DNA from: Thermoguttaceae bacterium
Lineage (GTDB): Bacteria; Planctomycetota; Planctomycetia; Pirellulales; Thermoguttaceae
Length of the DNA: 64,000 nt
Assembly: GCA_017937485.1 (NCBI GenBank)
Contig: JAGBDN010000007.1
Coordinates: forward strand, 14,689-78,688
Direction: 5' to 3'
A program made the position numbers and the translations under genes. The stretch's first letter is position 1; every line of letters begins with the position of its first letter. A model generated the notes under the pieces. The model saw only the letters and a list, made by a program, of their open reading frames with translations, did not search any database and had not been told where the DNA came from. Below are positions 1 through 9,858 of the stretch, in pieces.

Positions 1-1466
1 TTGCGACCGAGCGTCATATGCGCGATGTTCGAGCCGTATTTCGCCGAGGTCGCGCCCAACGCGGCGACGACGCCCGGTTGGTCGGGTTGCGTCGTAACGA
101 GAAGCGCGCCGTCGAGGTGCGCGTCGATGCGGAGCTTGTTGTAAAGGATCAGACGCGGAATCGATGCGCCGAACAACGCGCCCGCGAACGAGACGGAGCC
201 TTTGTCCGTTTCGAGTTCGATCGAAATGACGGAGTTGAAGTCGCCGGTTTTCGCGCATTTTTCTTCGACGACTTTCAAGCCGCGCTCTTGCATCATCGGC
301 GCCGCGCTGACGACGCTGATTTCTTCGCCCATCACGCCGCTCAAGTAACCGGAGCAGAAGGCCGAGGTAACGAGCGTCGTGTTTTTGCGCGCCAATTCGC
401 CCCTATACTCGATTTTGCAGGTCGAGACGGCGCCCGGCGCGACTTGTTGCGCGAAAACGCCGAGACGGTAGGCCAAGTCGAGCGAGCCGTGAAGTTCGGC
501 GAGCGTTTTCGGGTCGAGCGACGAGAAGTTGACCGCTTGACGAATGACGCCGTTTTTCAGGTAGTCGATCAAGAGTTCGACCGCTTCCAACGCGACGTTC
601 ATTTGCGCTTCGGCGGTGCTGGCGCCGAGGTGCGGGGTGCAGACGACGTTCGGACGGCCGAAGAGCGGGCTTTCGGTGTACGGCTCTTCCGGGTAAACGT
701 CGAGCGCGACGCCGCCGAGTTTGCCGGAGTCGAGGCCGCGGACGAGCGCGTCCATATTGTAAATCCCGCCGCGAGCGCAGTTGATCAAGCAGGCGCCTTG
801 TTTCATCGCGTCGATTTCCTTGTCGGAAATCAGGTTGCGGGTCGCGTCGGTCAACGGCGTGTGAACGGTCAAATAGTCGATAATCGGCAAAAATTCGGCG
901 ACGGAGTCGTAAAGTTTGACGTCCAATTCTTGCGCGCGAGCGGCGGAGAGATAGGGGTCGAACGCGACGATTTTCATATCGAACGCCTTCGCGAACTTGG
1001 CGACCGTTTGACCGATGCGCCCCATCCCGACGATACCGAGCGTTTTGCCGCCGAGTTGGCGACCGGTGAACTTTTTGCGATCCCAACGACCTTCGACGAG
1101 CGATTGGTTCGCGGCGCAGGTGTTGCGGCTCAACGCGAGCATCAACGCGAACGTTTGTTCGGCGGTCGAGACGGTGTTCCCGCCGGGAGTGTTCATAACG
1201 ACGACGCCCGCGCGGGTCGCCGCTTTAAGGTCGATATTGTCGACGCCGACGCCGGCGCGAGCGATCGCCTTGAGCCGTTTGTTGCCTTCGAGCGCTTCGG
1301 CGGTGATTTTGACGCCGCTGCGACAGATCGCGCCGTCGAATTCGGTCAACGTTTGGCGCAGTTCTTCGCCTTTGAGGCCGGTGCGAACTTCGTATTCGAG
1401 CCCGGCGTCTTGCATCATTTTCAAACCGTCTTCGGCCAAGGGGTCAAGAACGACAATTTTCGGCAT
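1..1466 (-). CDS. serA: D-3-phosphoglycerate dehydrogenase, long form with C-terminal ACT-like region (3' end beyond window start)
   Basis: The ORF runs off the window edge, so it is absent from the ORF track. Reverse translation from ATG at 1464-1466 gives MPKIVVLDPLAEDGLKMM..AGVGVDNIDL..LGIVGMGRIGQ..VCTPHLGAST, followed by a regulatory-domain-like tail. Confidence 0.9.
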   Translation of the reverse strand, partial: MPKIVVLDPLAEDGLKMMQDAGLEYEVRTGLKGEELRQTLTEFDGAICRSGVKITAEALEGNKRLKAIARAGVGVDNIDLKAATRAGVVVMNTPGGNTVSTAEQTFALMLALSRNTCAANQSLVEGRWDRKKFTGRQLGGKTLGIVGMGRIGQTVAKFAKAFDMKIVAFDPYLSAARAQELDVKLYDSVAEFLPIIDYLTVHTPLTDATRNLISDKEIDAMKQGACLINCARGGIYNMDALVRGLDSGKLGGVALDVYPEEPYTESPLFGRPNVVCTPHLGASTAEAQMNVALEAVELLIDYLKNGVIRQAVNFSSLDPKTLAELHGSLDLAYRLGVFAQQVAPGAVSTCKIEYRGELARKNTTLVTSAFCSGYLSGVMGEEISVVSAAPMMQERGLKVVEEKCAKTGDFNSVISIELETDKGSVSFAGALFGASIPRLILYNKLRIDAHLDGALLVTTQPDQPGVVAALGATSAKYGSNIAHMTLGR

Positions 1467-1881
1467 TGGTATTCTCCCGTGTTGCGTTATTCTGGCGTCG
1501 CGTCGCCCGCTCCCGCTTGGAATGCGGGCAAGGCGGCGCGTCGGAGCGATTTTCGTTTCGTCGTCGACTCGGGTTGCGTCGGGGGGGGAGAGGGCGCGCT
1601 TTTCAAAATTTGCCCGGCGACGAGGTAAAATCGATAAAATTTTAGCGCTTCTTGCGTTTTCGTCAAGGATACGTCGCGACGCGAACGGGGCGAACGCTCG
1701 ATTTTTTCCCGATTTTCTTGAAAAAAAGAAAGCCTTTTCTAACTGTAAGCCCTATATTTTGAATAAATTACCAATATTAACGTCGGCGGGAAAAGTTCTC
1801 GCTTTGAACGGCGCGGACGATGTGTTAACTTAGGTAAAATAAGAGGACTTGGCGGGGCGGGCGGCTCTTGGGCGTCGTTCG

Positions 1882-2355
1882 TCAAAGCGCGCCGAGAGAG
1901 CCGACTTCGATCGCCGTCGTTAAGATTATCCAAGCGAGCGAAAGCGCCATTTGGAGTCCGCCGACGACGAGGCCGACGATCAGAAGCGTTTTCGCCGTCG
2001 ACGAATGACGCTTGGCCGCTTCAAAATCGCATCGAGTTTTAGCCGAGTTCGTTTGAATCGAAAAAATAATCCCGGCGATTCCGAGCGGAGGACAGCAGAA
2101 AAGCGTCGACAAAACGTTCCAAATCAAGTAATCGGGAACGTTTGCGGCGTCGCTCCAATCGGACGGCGCGTAAGGGTCGGCTTCCGACGGCGCCGCGTAA
2201 GGGTTGGAGGCGTCGCGCTCTGCCGACGACCTTTCGAACGCCGAACCGAGCGGCGACTCCATTCCCGACGATGCGTTCGGGCGAACCGCGACGCCGCAAA
2301 GCGAGCAAAAACGCGCGTTGGCGGGGAGGGGATTTCCGCATTTAGGGCAAAACAT
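1882..2355 (-). CDS. Zinc-ribbon plus CD225/dispanin-family membrane protein
   Basis: An internal ATG at 2355 gives MFCPKCGNPLPANARFCSLCG (zinc ribbon). The C-terminal WNVLSTLFCCPPLGIAGIIFS..AKRHSSTAK resembles the IFITM/CD225 signature. The upstream part of the 189-aa ORF looks non-coding. Confidence 0.65.
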   Translation of the reverse strand: MFCPKCGNPLPANARFCSLCGVAVRPNASSGMESPLGSAFERSSAERDASNPYAAPSEADPYAPSDWSDAANVPDYLIWNVLSTLFCCPPLGIAGIIFSIQTNSAKTRCDFEAAKRHSSTAKTLLIVGLVVGGLQMALSLAWIILTTAIEVGSLGAL

Positions 2356-2569
2356 AACGAACCTCGAACGGCAAAATAGGGGAAATAGGGGGGCGGCAAA
2401 GTCGCCGTCGTAAAACGACGCGTTCGCGACGCTAATTAGTATTTTACTCAAAGCGGCGGAAAAAACAAGTTGGGGAACGCGGAAGCGAGCGACGCGTAAA
2501 GCCGATTCGCTCGTTATTTTGTTTCTTAACGCGTTGTTGGGGGGAATGGGTAAAATAGGGGAAACGTCG

Positions 2570-2992
2570 TCAACGCGACGTCGAGACGGAAGCGGCGGTC
2601 GGCGGGCGCAAGAAATCGAACGTCGGGTGCGGAACGTTGCGCAGAACGGTAAAGACGAGAACGACGACGCAAACGACGACGGCGAGACGGTAATAAAGGG
2701 CGCGAAATTGCGGACGGCGGAGAACGAAAAGAGTCGGAAGCGCGAAAAGAACGGCGATCGAGAACGGATTATAACGAAGCGCGGCGAAAAAATCGCCTGC
2801 GAACAACGCTCGCAGGGCCCGCGTCGAACCGCAACCGGGACAATAGATTCCGGTCGCTTTGCGGAAAACGCAAGGGGGCGGAAAGGCGGTCAAAACGCTC
2901 GGGTCGCGATAAACGGCGACGGCGAAAAGCGCGAACGTAGCGGCGGCGCACAAAACGACGAGACCGGCGAAGGAAAGACGCGGAGACGACAT
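2570..2992 (-). CDS. DUF2752-family membrane protein
   Basis: Contains the CPGCGSTRA motif between hydrophobic segments. Start chosen at MSSPRL (ATG 2990-2992), which is preceded by GAGGAG. Confidence 0.65.
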   Translation of the reverse strand: MSSPRLSFAGLVVLCAAATFALFAVAVYRDPSVLTAFPPPCVFRKATGIYCPGCGSTRALRALFAGDFFAALRYNPFSIAVLFALPTLFVLRRPQFRALYYRLAVVVCVVVLVFTVLRNVPHPTFDFLRPPTAASVSTSR

Positions 2993-3224
2993 AATACTCC
3001 TCGACGCTCCTCGAACGGACGAGCGGAAACCGCGTTGAAGTCGCTCTTGGAAACGACGCAAGAAAAACGCCGCCCGACGTTAAAAACGGCTCGGAATTCA
3101 AGCGACTTTTAACGTTGAGCGGAAGCGTCCGAATCGCGCGTCGAAATTTAACGAACGGGAAAGCGCGCCGCTTCGTCGGGAAACGTCGCGGCGCGAAGTC
3201 GTTCGATTTCGACGGTTAGCGAAT

Positions 3225-4229
<1,005 letters not shown>

Positions 4230-4321
4230 CTAGGGGAAAAGTCGGCGGCGCGTTAAATTGGGTAATTTAGAACGCCGTCGAAACGCTTCCGCGAGCGGTC
4301 GACGCAAAATTTTCTTCCGTT

Positions 4322-4349
4322 ATTTTAATCGTTTCGCTTTTTTTTACAA
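4322..4349 (-). promoter_or_regulatory. Sigma70-like promoter candidate for mdh (TTGTAA-16-TAAAAT)
   Basis: Hexamers read on the minus strand. The -10 lies about 153 nt upstream of the mdh ATG. Confidence 0.35.
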
Positions 4350-4739
4350 TCGGGGGAAAGGGGTGAAACGGTCTTTTTCCCTTCTTTTTTCCGATTTTAG
4401 GCGTTGATTGGCGCGGCGTGGAGAAAATGGATAAAATACGCAATTAGCGTAATTTTAGCGTCAAAAGGAGCGTCGCAGTCGATAAGTTTTGTTAATATAT
4501 AAGAAACTCTAATATATAAGCCGCGCTTATGATCTCTTGCGTCGACGAAGCGACGGGGCGATTTCGCGTTTTTCCGCAAGAAAGCGGGGCGCTCGGCTTC
4601 CATTTTGTTGGGCGTCGCGTACAATAGGGAAAAGCGGCGACGTTTCGCGTCGTCGGACGCGCTTCGCAAACGGCGAACGAACGGGAGCGCGTCGCTTTTC
4701 CGAACCGACGAAAACGCCGATAGATAAGGAGAACGACCA

Positions 4740-5951
4740 ATGATGGAAAAATATTTGAACTTGAACGACGTGAAGGAAATTCGGGCGCGTTCGTTGATTT
4801 ATTTCGGTTGCGGCGCGATTCAAAAGGTCGCCGACGTCGCTCGCGATATGAAGGCGCGAGGCGTCGACCGCGCAATCGTCGTTTCGTCGCCGTCGGCGTA
4901 CAAGAAGAGCGGCGCTTGGCCGACGATTACCGCGGCGTTCGAGGCGGCGGGCGTCGAGTACGTTCTCTTCGACAAAAACCGTCCGAATCCGGAGGTCGAG
5001 GCGATCGACGAAGCGTTGAAAGTCGCGGTCGAGTTCGGAGCGCAAGGCGTCGTCGGGATTGGCGGCGGGAGCCCGATCGACGCGGCCAAGAGCGTCGCGA
5101 TTCTGCTGAAGAACCCGGGTAAAACGGCGGAAGACCTTTACTCGTATGCGTTTGCGCCGACCGAAGCCGCGCCGATTCTCGCGATCAACCTGACGCACGG
5201 CACCGGCACCGAGGGGAACCGCGTCGCCGTCGCTTCGATTCCGGCCAAGCAACACAAACCGGCGATCGCTTACGAATGCATCTATCCGACGTGGTCGATC
5301 GACGATCCGGAATTGATGAAAACGTTGCCGAAAACGCAAATTTTGTACACGAGCGTCGACGCGTTGAATCACGCGGTCGAGGCGGCGACGACGACTTGTT
5401 CGAACCCGTTGGCGATCACGCTGGCCCGCGAAACGGTCAAGCTCGTCGTCGATTATTTGCCGGCGGCGCTGGAAAATCCGGAAGATATGGTCGCGCGTTA
5501 CAACTTGGCTTACGCCGCCTTGATCGCCGGGATTTCGTTCGACAACGGTTTCCTGCACTACACGCACGCGCTCGAACACCCGTTGAGCGGCGTCAATCCG
5601 GACGTTATTCACGGTTGCGGGCTCGGCGTTCTGTTGCCGGCGGTGTTGAAGGAAATTTATCCGAAATGCGCGGCGGTCTTGGCCGACGTCTTGGCGCCGA
5701 TCGTTCCGGGCTTGAAGGGTTGCGCTTGCGAAGCGGAAGACGTCGCGAAGGGCGTTGAAAAATGGCTCTTTAGCGTCGGCGCGAACCGCAAGCTGACCGA
5801 CGAAGGGTTCGGCGAAGCGGACGTTCCGAAGCTCGTCGACTTGGTCTTCTCGACGCCGTCGCTGACCGCGCTTCTCGCCGTCGCGCCGACCGAAGCGACC
5901 CGCGAAACGGTCGAGAAGATTTACCGCGAATCGTTGGCGCCGATGAACTAA
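4740..5951 (+). CDS. Iron-containing (group III) alcohol dehydrogenase
   Basis: GIGGGSPIDAAK motif and a His-rich metal site (HALEHPLSG..HG). AAGGAG lies 8 nt upstream of the ATG. Confidence 0.9.
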   Translation: MMEKYLNLNDVKEIRARSLIYFGCGAIQKVADVARDMKARGVDRAIVVSSPSAYKKSGAWPTITAAFEAAGVEYVLFDKNRPNPEVEAIDEALKVAVEFGAQGVVGIGGGSPIDAAKSVAILLKNPGKTAEDLYSYAFAPTEAAPILAINLTHGTGTEGNRVAVASIPAKQHKPAIAYECIYPTWSIDDPELMKTLPKTQILYTSVDALNHAVEAATTTCSNPLAITLARETVKLVVDYLPAALENPEDMVARYNLAYAALIAGISFDNGFLHYTHALEHPLSGVNPDVIHGCGLGVLLPAVLKEIYPKCAAVLADVLAPIVPGLKGCACEAEDVAKGVEKWLFSVGANRKLTDEGFGEADVPKLVDLVFSTPSLTALLAVAPTEATRETVEKIYRESLAPMN

Positions 5952-6208
5952 GCGTCGACGGCGGCTCGAAAAACGGCGCTTAACGGGCGACGAATCGAGC
6001 GGCGAAGCGGAAATTCGGAGGGAAAACGGAAACGCGACCGCGTTCGAGCGTCGGCGGTTCGAGGAGTCGAAGAGCCGAGCGTTCGGGCGAGCGGTCGCGT
6101 TCGCGTTAAAACGGAAGGTCGAGTCGGTCTTGAGAACGCGAGCGCGTAATTTTTTTGATTTTTGGATTGCGAAGTTTCTCTATTTTGCGCAAACTCTCGT
6201 CGCGGCGC

Positions 6209-6236
6209 TTGCGTCGCGTTAAATTTCCGTTATACT
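6209..6236 (+). promoter_or_regulatory. Sigma70-like promoter candidate (TTGCGT-16-TATACT) upstream of the Trk/Ktr gene
   Basis: Hexamer match read directly. About 116 nt upstream of the ATG at 6352. Confidence 0.3.
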
Positions 6237-6351
6237 TCGTTTCGGTTCTAATTCGGACGGGAGCCTTACGACCGCTTTTTAGAAGGCGGTTTCCGAACGC
6301 GCGGCGAGCGTCGTCGACGGCGGAACGTCCGTTCTTTATCGAGACGGAAAG

Positions 6352-7773
6352 ATGGATTATCGAGATCGGGCGCGCCGATTAAAGCGAAATTGGCGCGCCG
6401 AAAAAGTCGTTTGGCGAAGAAAATGGCGGCGCGCGACGCCGTTTCGTTTGTTGACCTTAGGATTCGCGACTTATGTTCTTATCGGTTTGGCGGCGATCGC
6501 GCTTCCTTGCTGTCGTCGCGGCGACGCGAGTTGCGTCGATTGTTTCTTCAACGTCGTTTCGGCGGCGACGACGACCGGGTTGACGGTCGGAGCGGTCGGC
6601 GAAACGTATACGTTTTGGGGAAATCTCGTTCTTTTAACGTTGATTCAGGTCGGCGGCGTCGGGTATATGACGTTGACCTCTTGCATTATCTTGGCGCGCG
6701 GCGACCGACTTTCGCCGACTCGAACGCGAATTTTGGGAGCGAGTTTTTCGTTGCCGGACGGTTTTTCGTTGCGGCGATTCGTCGTCGCGGTCGTTGTTTA
6801 CTCGGCGCTGATCGAGTCGATCGGCGCTTGGATTCTTTGGCGCGAGTTCAAAATCGTCGGCGTCGACCAACCGTTTTGGCAAGCCGTTTTTCACTCGATT
6901 TCCGCTTTCGCGACCGCCGGATTTAGCTTATTTTCCGACGGTTGCGTCGGTTTTAAAGACTCGGTCGCGATCAACGTCGCGCTGATGACGTTAAGTTGGG
7001 CGGGCGCGATCGGTTTTATCGTTCCGGTCGACTGCTGGGAAAATTTGCGCGGTCGACGGCAAGGGATTACGTTGACGTCGAAGACGATTCTTTACTTGAC
7101 GGCGGCGCTTTTTCTCGGCGGAACGGTCGCGTTTTGGTTGTTCGAGCGGTTGAGCGGCGGAGAATCGGCTTCCGACGCGACGCTGTTGGCGGCGGCGTTT
7201 CAGGCGACGGCGGCGTCGACGACCGGCGGGTTTAACACGCTCGACGTAGGCGCGCTCGGGCCGGCGACGCGAACGATTTTGGTCGCGTTAATGTTTGTCG
7301 GCGCGGCGCCGTCCGGTACCGGCGGGGGCGTTAAAACGACGACGGTCAGCGCGTTCGCGGCGATCGTCGCGAGCGTTGTGCGCGGACGTCCGGACGACGT
7401 AACCTTTTGGGGAAAAACGATACCGCCTTGCCGACTCTTCACCGCGGTCGCGTCGGCGGCGATTTTTGTCGTCGCGGGGAGCGTCGCGACGATTCTGCTT
7501 TGCGCGACGGAGCCCGATTTGCCTTTCGACGCGCTCTTTTTCGAAGCGATTTCCGCGATTTCAACCGCCGGGATGAGCGCGGGAATTACTTCGGAACTTT
7601 CGACCGTCGGAAAATTGATCGTCGCGGCGGCGATGTTCGTCGGGCGCGTCGGGCCGTTGACGTTTGCGTTGGCCGTTTGGAGCGACGCGAGCGGCGGCGA
7701 GAAGGAAAAGAGGCGCGATTCGTCGGAAAAAGCGTTTGGCAAAGAGCGGCAAATCGACGATTTAGCCGTCTGA
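6352..7773 (+). CDS. TrkH/KtrB-family potassium transporter membrane subunit
   Basis: Multi-pass membrane protein with repeated selectivity-filter-like segments (ATTTGLT, IQVGGVGYMT, ASTTGGFN, GTGGGVKTTT). No trkA/ktrA gene is adjacent. Confidence 0.88.
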   Translation: MDYRDRARRLKRNWRAEKVVWRRKWRRATPFRLLTLGFATYVLIGLAAIALPCCRRGDASCVDCFFNVVSAATTTGLTVGAVGETYTFWGNLVLLTLIQVGGVGYMTLTSCIILARGDRLSPTRTRILGASFSLPDGFSLRRFVVAVVVYSALIESIGAWILWREFKIVGVDQPFWQAVFHSISAFATAGFSLFSDGCVGFKDSVAINVALMTLSWAGAIGFIVPVDCWENLRGRRQGITLTSKTILYLTAALFLGGTVAFWLFERLSGGESASDATLLAAAFQATAASTTGGFNTLDVGALGPATRTILVALMFVGAAPSGTGGGVKTTTVSAFAAIVASVVRGRPDDVTFWGKTIPPCRLFTAVASAAIFVVAGSVATILLCATEPDLPFDALFFEAISAISTAGMSAGITSELSTVGKLIVAAAMFVGRVGPLTFALAVWSDASGGEKEKRRDSSEKAFGKERQIDDLAV

Positions 7774-7925
7774 CCCGCGTTGACCGACGACAAAATATCG
7801 ACAAACGGACGTTAATTTTTTAGCGTCGCGGTTTTTCGGTTGAGCGAAGCGTCGTCGGAGAAAGTTAGACGGCGGTTTGCGGCGCAAGGTAGGACGCCGG
7901 TTGGGTAGGGTCGGCGTTTTGCCCC

Positions 7926-7954
7926 TTGCGGCGAACGCGTCTCGGCGGTATAAT
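7926..7954 (+). promoter_or_regulatory. Sigma70-like promoter (TTGCGG-17-TATAAT)
   Basis: Perfect -10 and 17-nt spacer, about 138 nt upstream of the ATG at 8092. Confidence 0.45.
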
Positions 7955-8091
7955 GCGGAGCGGTAAACGAGGGCGCCGACGTTGAAAAAAAACGCGTTTG
8001 GACGAACGTCGGCGTTAAAGTTCGCGTAAATTTTGCCGTTTGACGGCGTTTTTTGGAAAAAAAGCGAAAATAGGAAAGTTGGGACGCTGAA

Positions 8092-9639
8092 ATGAGTTCG
8101 GAAGAGTCGCGACGAGAAGCGAAAGCGGAGACCGGCGTTTGGGGCGCCGCGTCGTTGGAAGGGGCGATTTCGGCGGCGGAGTACGTTCGCGGATTCGACG
8201 GCGGTTTCGGAGCGGACGCGCCGTTTTTCACGGAGTTTAACGCGAGCGGTTCGGCGGCGCTTTTGGGATTTCGGCGGTTAAACGACGGAAACGGGGCAAA
8301 CAGGACAAACGGGGAGGACGCGGCGGACTTTGCGGACGTCGCGGCGCGAACGACGGCGGAGGCTCGGGAGCGCGGCGTCGGAATCGCGGGGGCCGGGCTG
8401 ATGGGCGTTTCGATCGCGGCGGCGTTTTTGGGCGCCGGGTTCCCGGTGTTGGCGTTCGACTCTTTTCCGGCGGCGCTCGAAACGGCGCCGAAGCGAATCG
8501 AGGCGGAGTTGGCGGAACAGCGGCGGCGTCGCGGCGTCGCGGAAAACGATCCGGCGACCGAAAAACGGCTCGTCGCGGAGATTGTCGCGAACGGTTTGAC
8601 GACGTCCGATTCCTTCGCGGAATTGGCGGCGCGCCCGGTCGTCGTCGAAACGATTCCGGAAAAAATTAAGATTAAGTCGAAGTTTTACAAGACGTTGGCG
8701 AAGACCGCGACCGCGCCGATTCTGTTGACGTCGAACACGTCGTCGATTTGCGTTTCCGATTTGGCGGCGGCGCTCCCGACGGCGAGCGAGAACCCGAACG
8801 TCAACCGAGAACGCTTTTGCGGTTTTCACTTCTTTCACCCGGTTTGCCGTCGGTCGCTCGTCGAGGTAATGCGCGGCGATGCAACCGCTCCGGGAACGGT
8901 CGCGGAGGCGGCGGCGCTTGGCGCGGCGATTTTCAAAACGCCGATTATCGTCGGCGACGGGCCCGGTTTTTTGGTTAATCGGATGTTGCAACCTTATTTG
9001 AACGAAGGACTTGCGCTTCTCGACGAAGGCGTTCCGGCGGAGCGCGTCGAGGCGGTTTGCCGACGTTTCGGGTTTGAAGCGGGGCCGCTTCGAATAATGG
9101 ACGAAATTGGGCTCGACGTGTCGCTGCACGCGGGTTGGACGTTTTTGAAGGCGTTTCCGGAGCGGACGACGAGTTCGCCGATTTTGCCGGAATTGACGCG
9201 GCGCGAACGGCTCGGGCGCAAGACGCGGCGCGGCTTTTATCGGTTCGAAAGCGGGACGAGTTGGGCCGACGACGCGACGCTCGATTTCGACGCCGAAACG
9301 CTTGCCGAACTTCGCGGCGGAGAAACGTTCGCGACCGGCGCGGCGTCGGTCGACGTCGGAGCGAAAGACGCGTCGGACGAAGAACTTGCGTTGCGCGTCG
9401 CGACGGCGATTTTGTTCGAAAGCGCGCGGCTCGTCGAGGAGGGCGTCGTCGAAACGTTCCGCGAAGCGGACGCCGGGCTCGTTCTCGCGCTCGGATTTCC
9501 GCCGGAAAAAGGGGGGATTTTTTATTGGGCGGCGGCGTTCGGATTGCGGCGAATTTTGGCGGCGGCGGAGCGTTGGGCGGGCGCGGGCGCTCGGTTCGTC
9601 GCGCCGGAGTCGTTGCGTCGGTTGGCGAGCGAAGGTTAA
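8092..9639 (+). CDS. 3-hydroxyacyl-CoA dehydrogenase family protein with N-terminal extension
   Basis: GIAGAGLMGVSIA NAD-binding motif, TSNTSS, FCGFHFFHPV, GDGPGFLVNR. The first ~90 aa have no recognisable domain. Confidence 0.85.
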   Translation: MSSEESRREAKAETGVWGAASLEGAISAAEYVRGFDGGFGADAPFFTEFNASGSAALLGFRRLNDGNGANRTNGEDAADFADVAARTTAEARERGVGIAGAGLMGVSIAAAFLGAGFPVLAFDSFPAALETAPKRIEAELAEQRRRRGVAENDPATEKRLVAEIVANGLTTSDSFAELAARPVVVETIPEKIKIKSKFYKTLAKTATAPILLTSNTSSICVSDLAAALPTASENPNVNRERFCGFHFFHPVCRRSLVEVMRGDATAPGTVAEAAALGAAIFKTPIIVGDGPGFLVNRMLQPYLNEGLALLDEGVPAERVEAVCRRFGFEAGPLRIMDEIGLDVSLHAGWTFLKAFPERTTSSPILPELTRRERLGRKTRRGFYRFESGTSWADDATLDFDAETLAELRGGETFATGAASVDVGAKDASDEELALRVATAILFESARLVEEGVVETFREADAGLVLALGFPPEKGGIFYWAAAFGLRRILAAAERWAGAGARFVAPESLRRLASEG

Positions 9640-9858
9640 AACTGGGCGGTTTGGGCGTCTGAAAGCGTTGAGGTAAGAACGGCGACGCGCGCAAATTCGG
9701 CGGTTTAAACGCTGGAAGCGCGTTTGAAGAAATTGGGGAAAATGGGCGAACGGGGCGTCGAGCGCAAACTCGGCGGCTCGTTTTGCGGACGACGGCGCGA
9801 CAAAAATCGACAATGACGCCGAAAACTTAAAAACGTTTGAAAACGACGAGGCGCGGCG

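Noticed and set aside
18-1628. 536-aa plus-strand ORF covering the left edge
   Set aside because: Arg/Asp/Gly/Val-rich shadow frame antisense to a clearly recognisable serA gene, with no motifs. The genome is so poor in TAA/TAG/TGA that all six frames stay open.
4527-5612. 361-aa minus-strand ORF and similar ORFs (3240..4226, 8278..9813, 13659..14726, 22359..23648, 23772..24788, 27004..28203, 28453..30021, 52494..53813, 54337..55704, 55705..56760, 61227..62594)
   Set aside because: All are antisense or out-of-frame shadows of genes with strong family signatures. They share the same Arg/Asp/Glu/Gly/Val-biased composition.
6237-6351. c-di-AMP (ydaO/kimA-type) riboswitch upstream of the Trk/Ktr gene, and ZTP riboswitch upstream of purC (38075..38143)
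   Set aside because: The leaders lack the pseudo-symmetric ACGGGG/CCCG elements of ydaO and the GGGTCGTGAC..CCGCCTGGGCA elements of the ZTP motif.
9640-9858. SOS/LexA operator upstream of the umuC-like gene
   Set aside because: No CTGT-N8-ACAG or GAAC-N4-GTTC type palindrome is present. The only feature is a generic AAACGC..GCGTTT hairpin.
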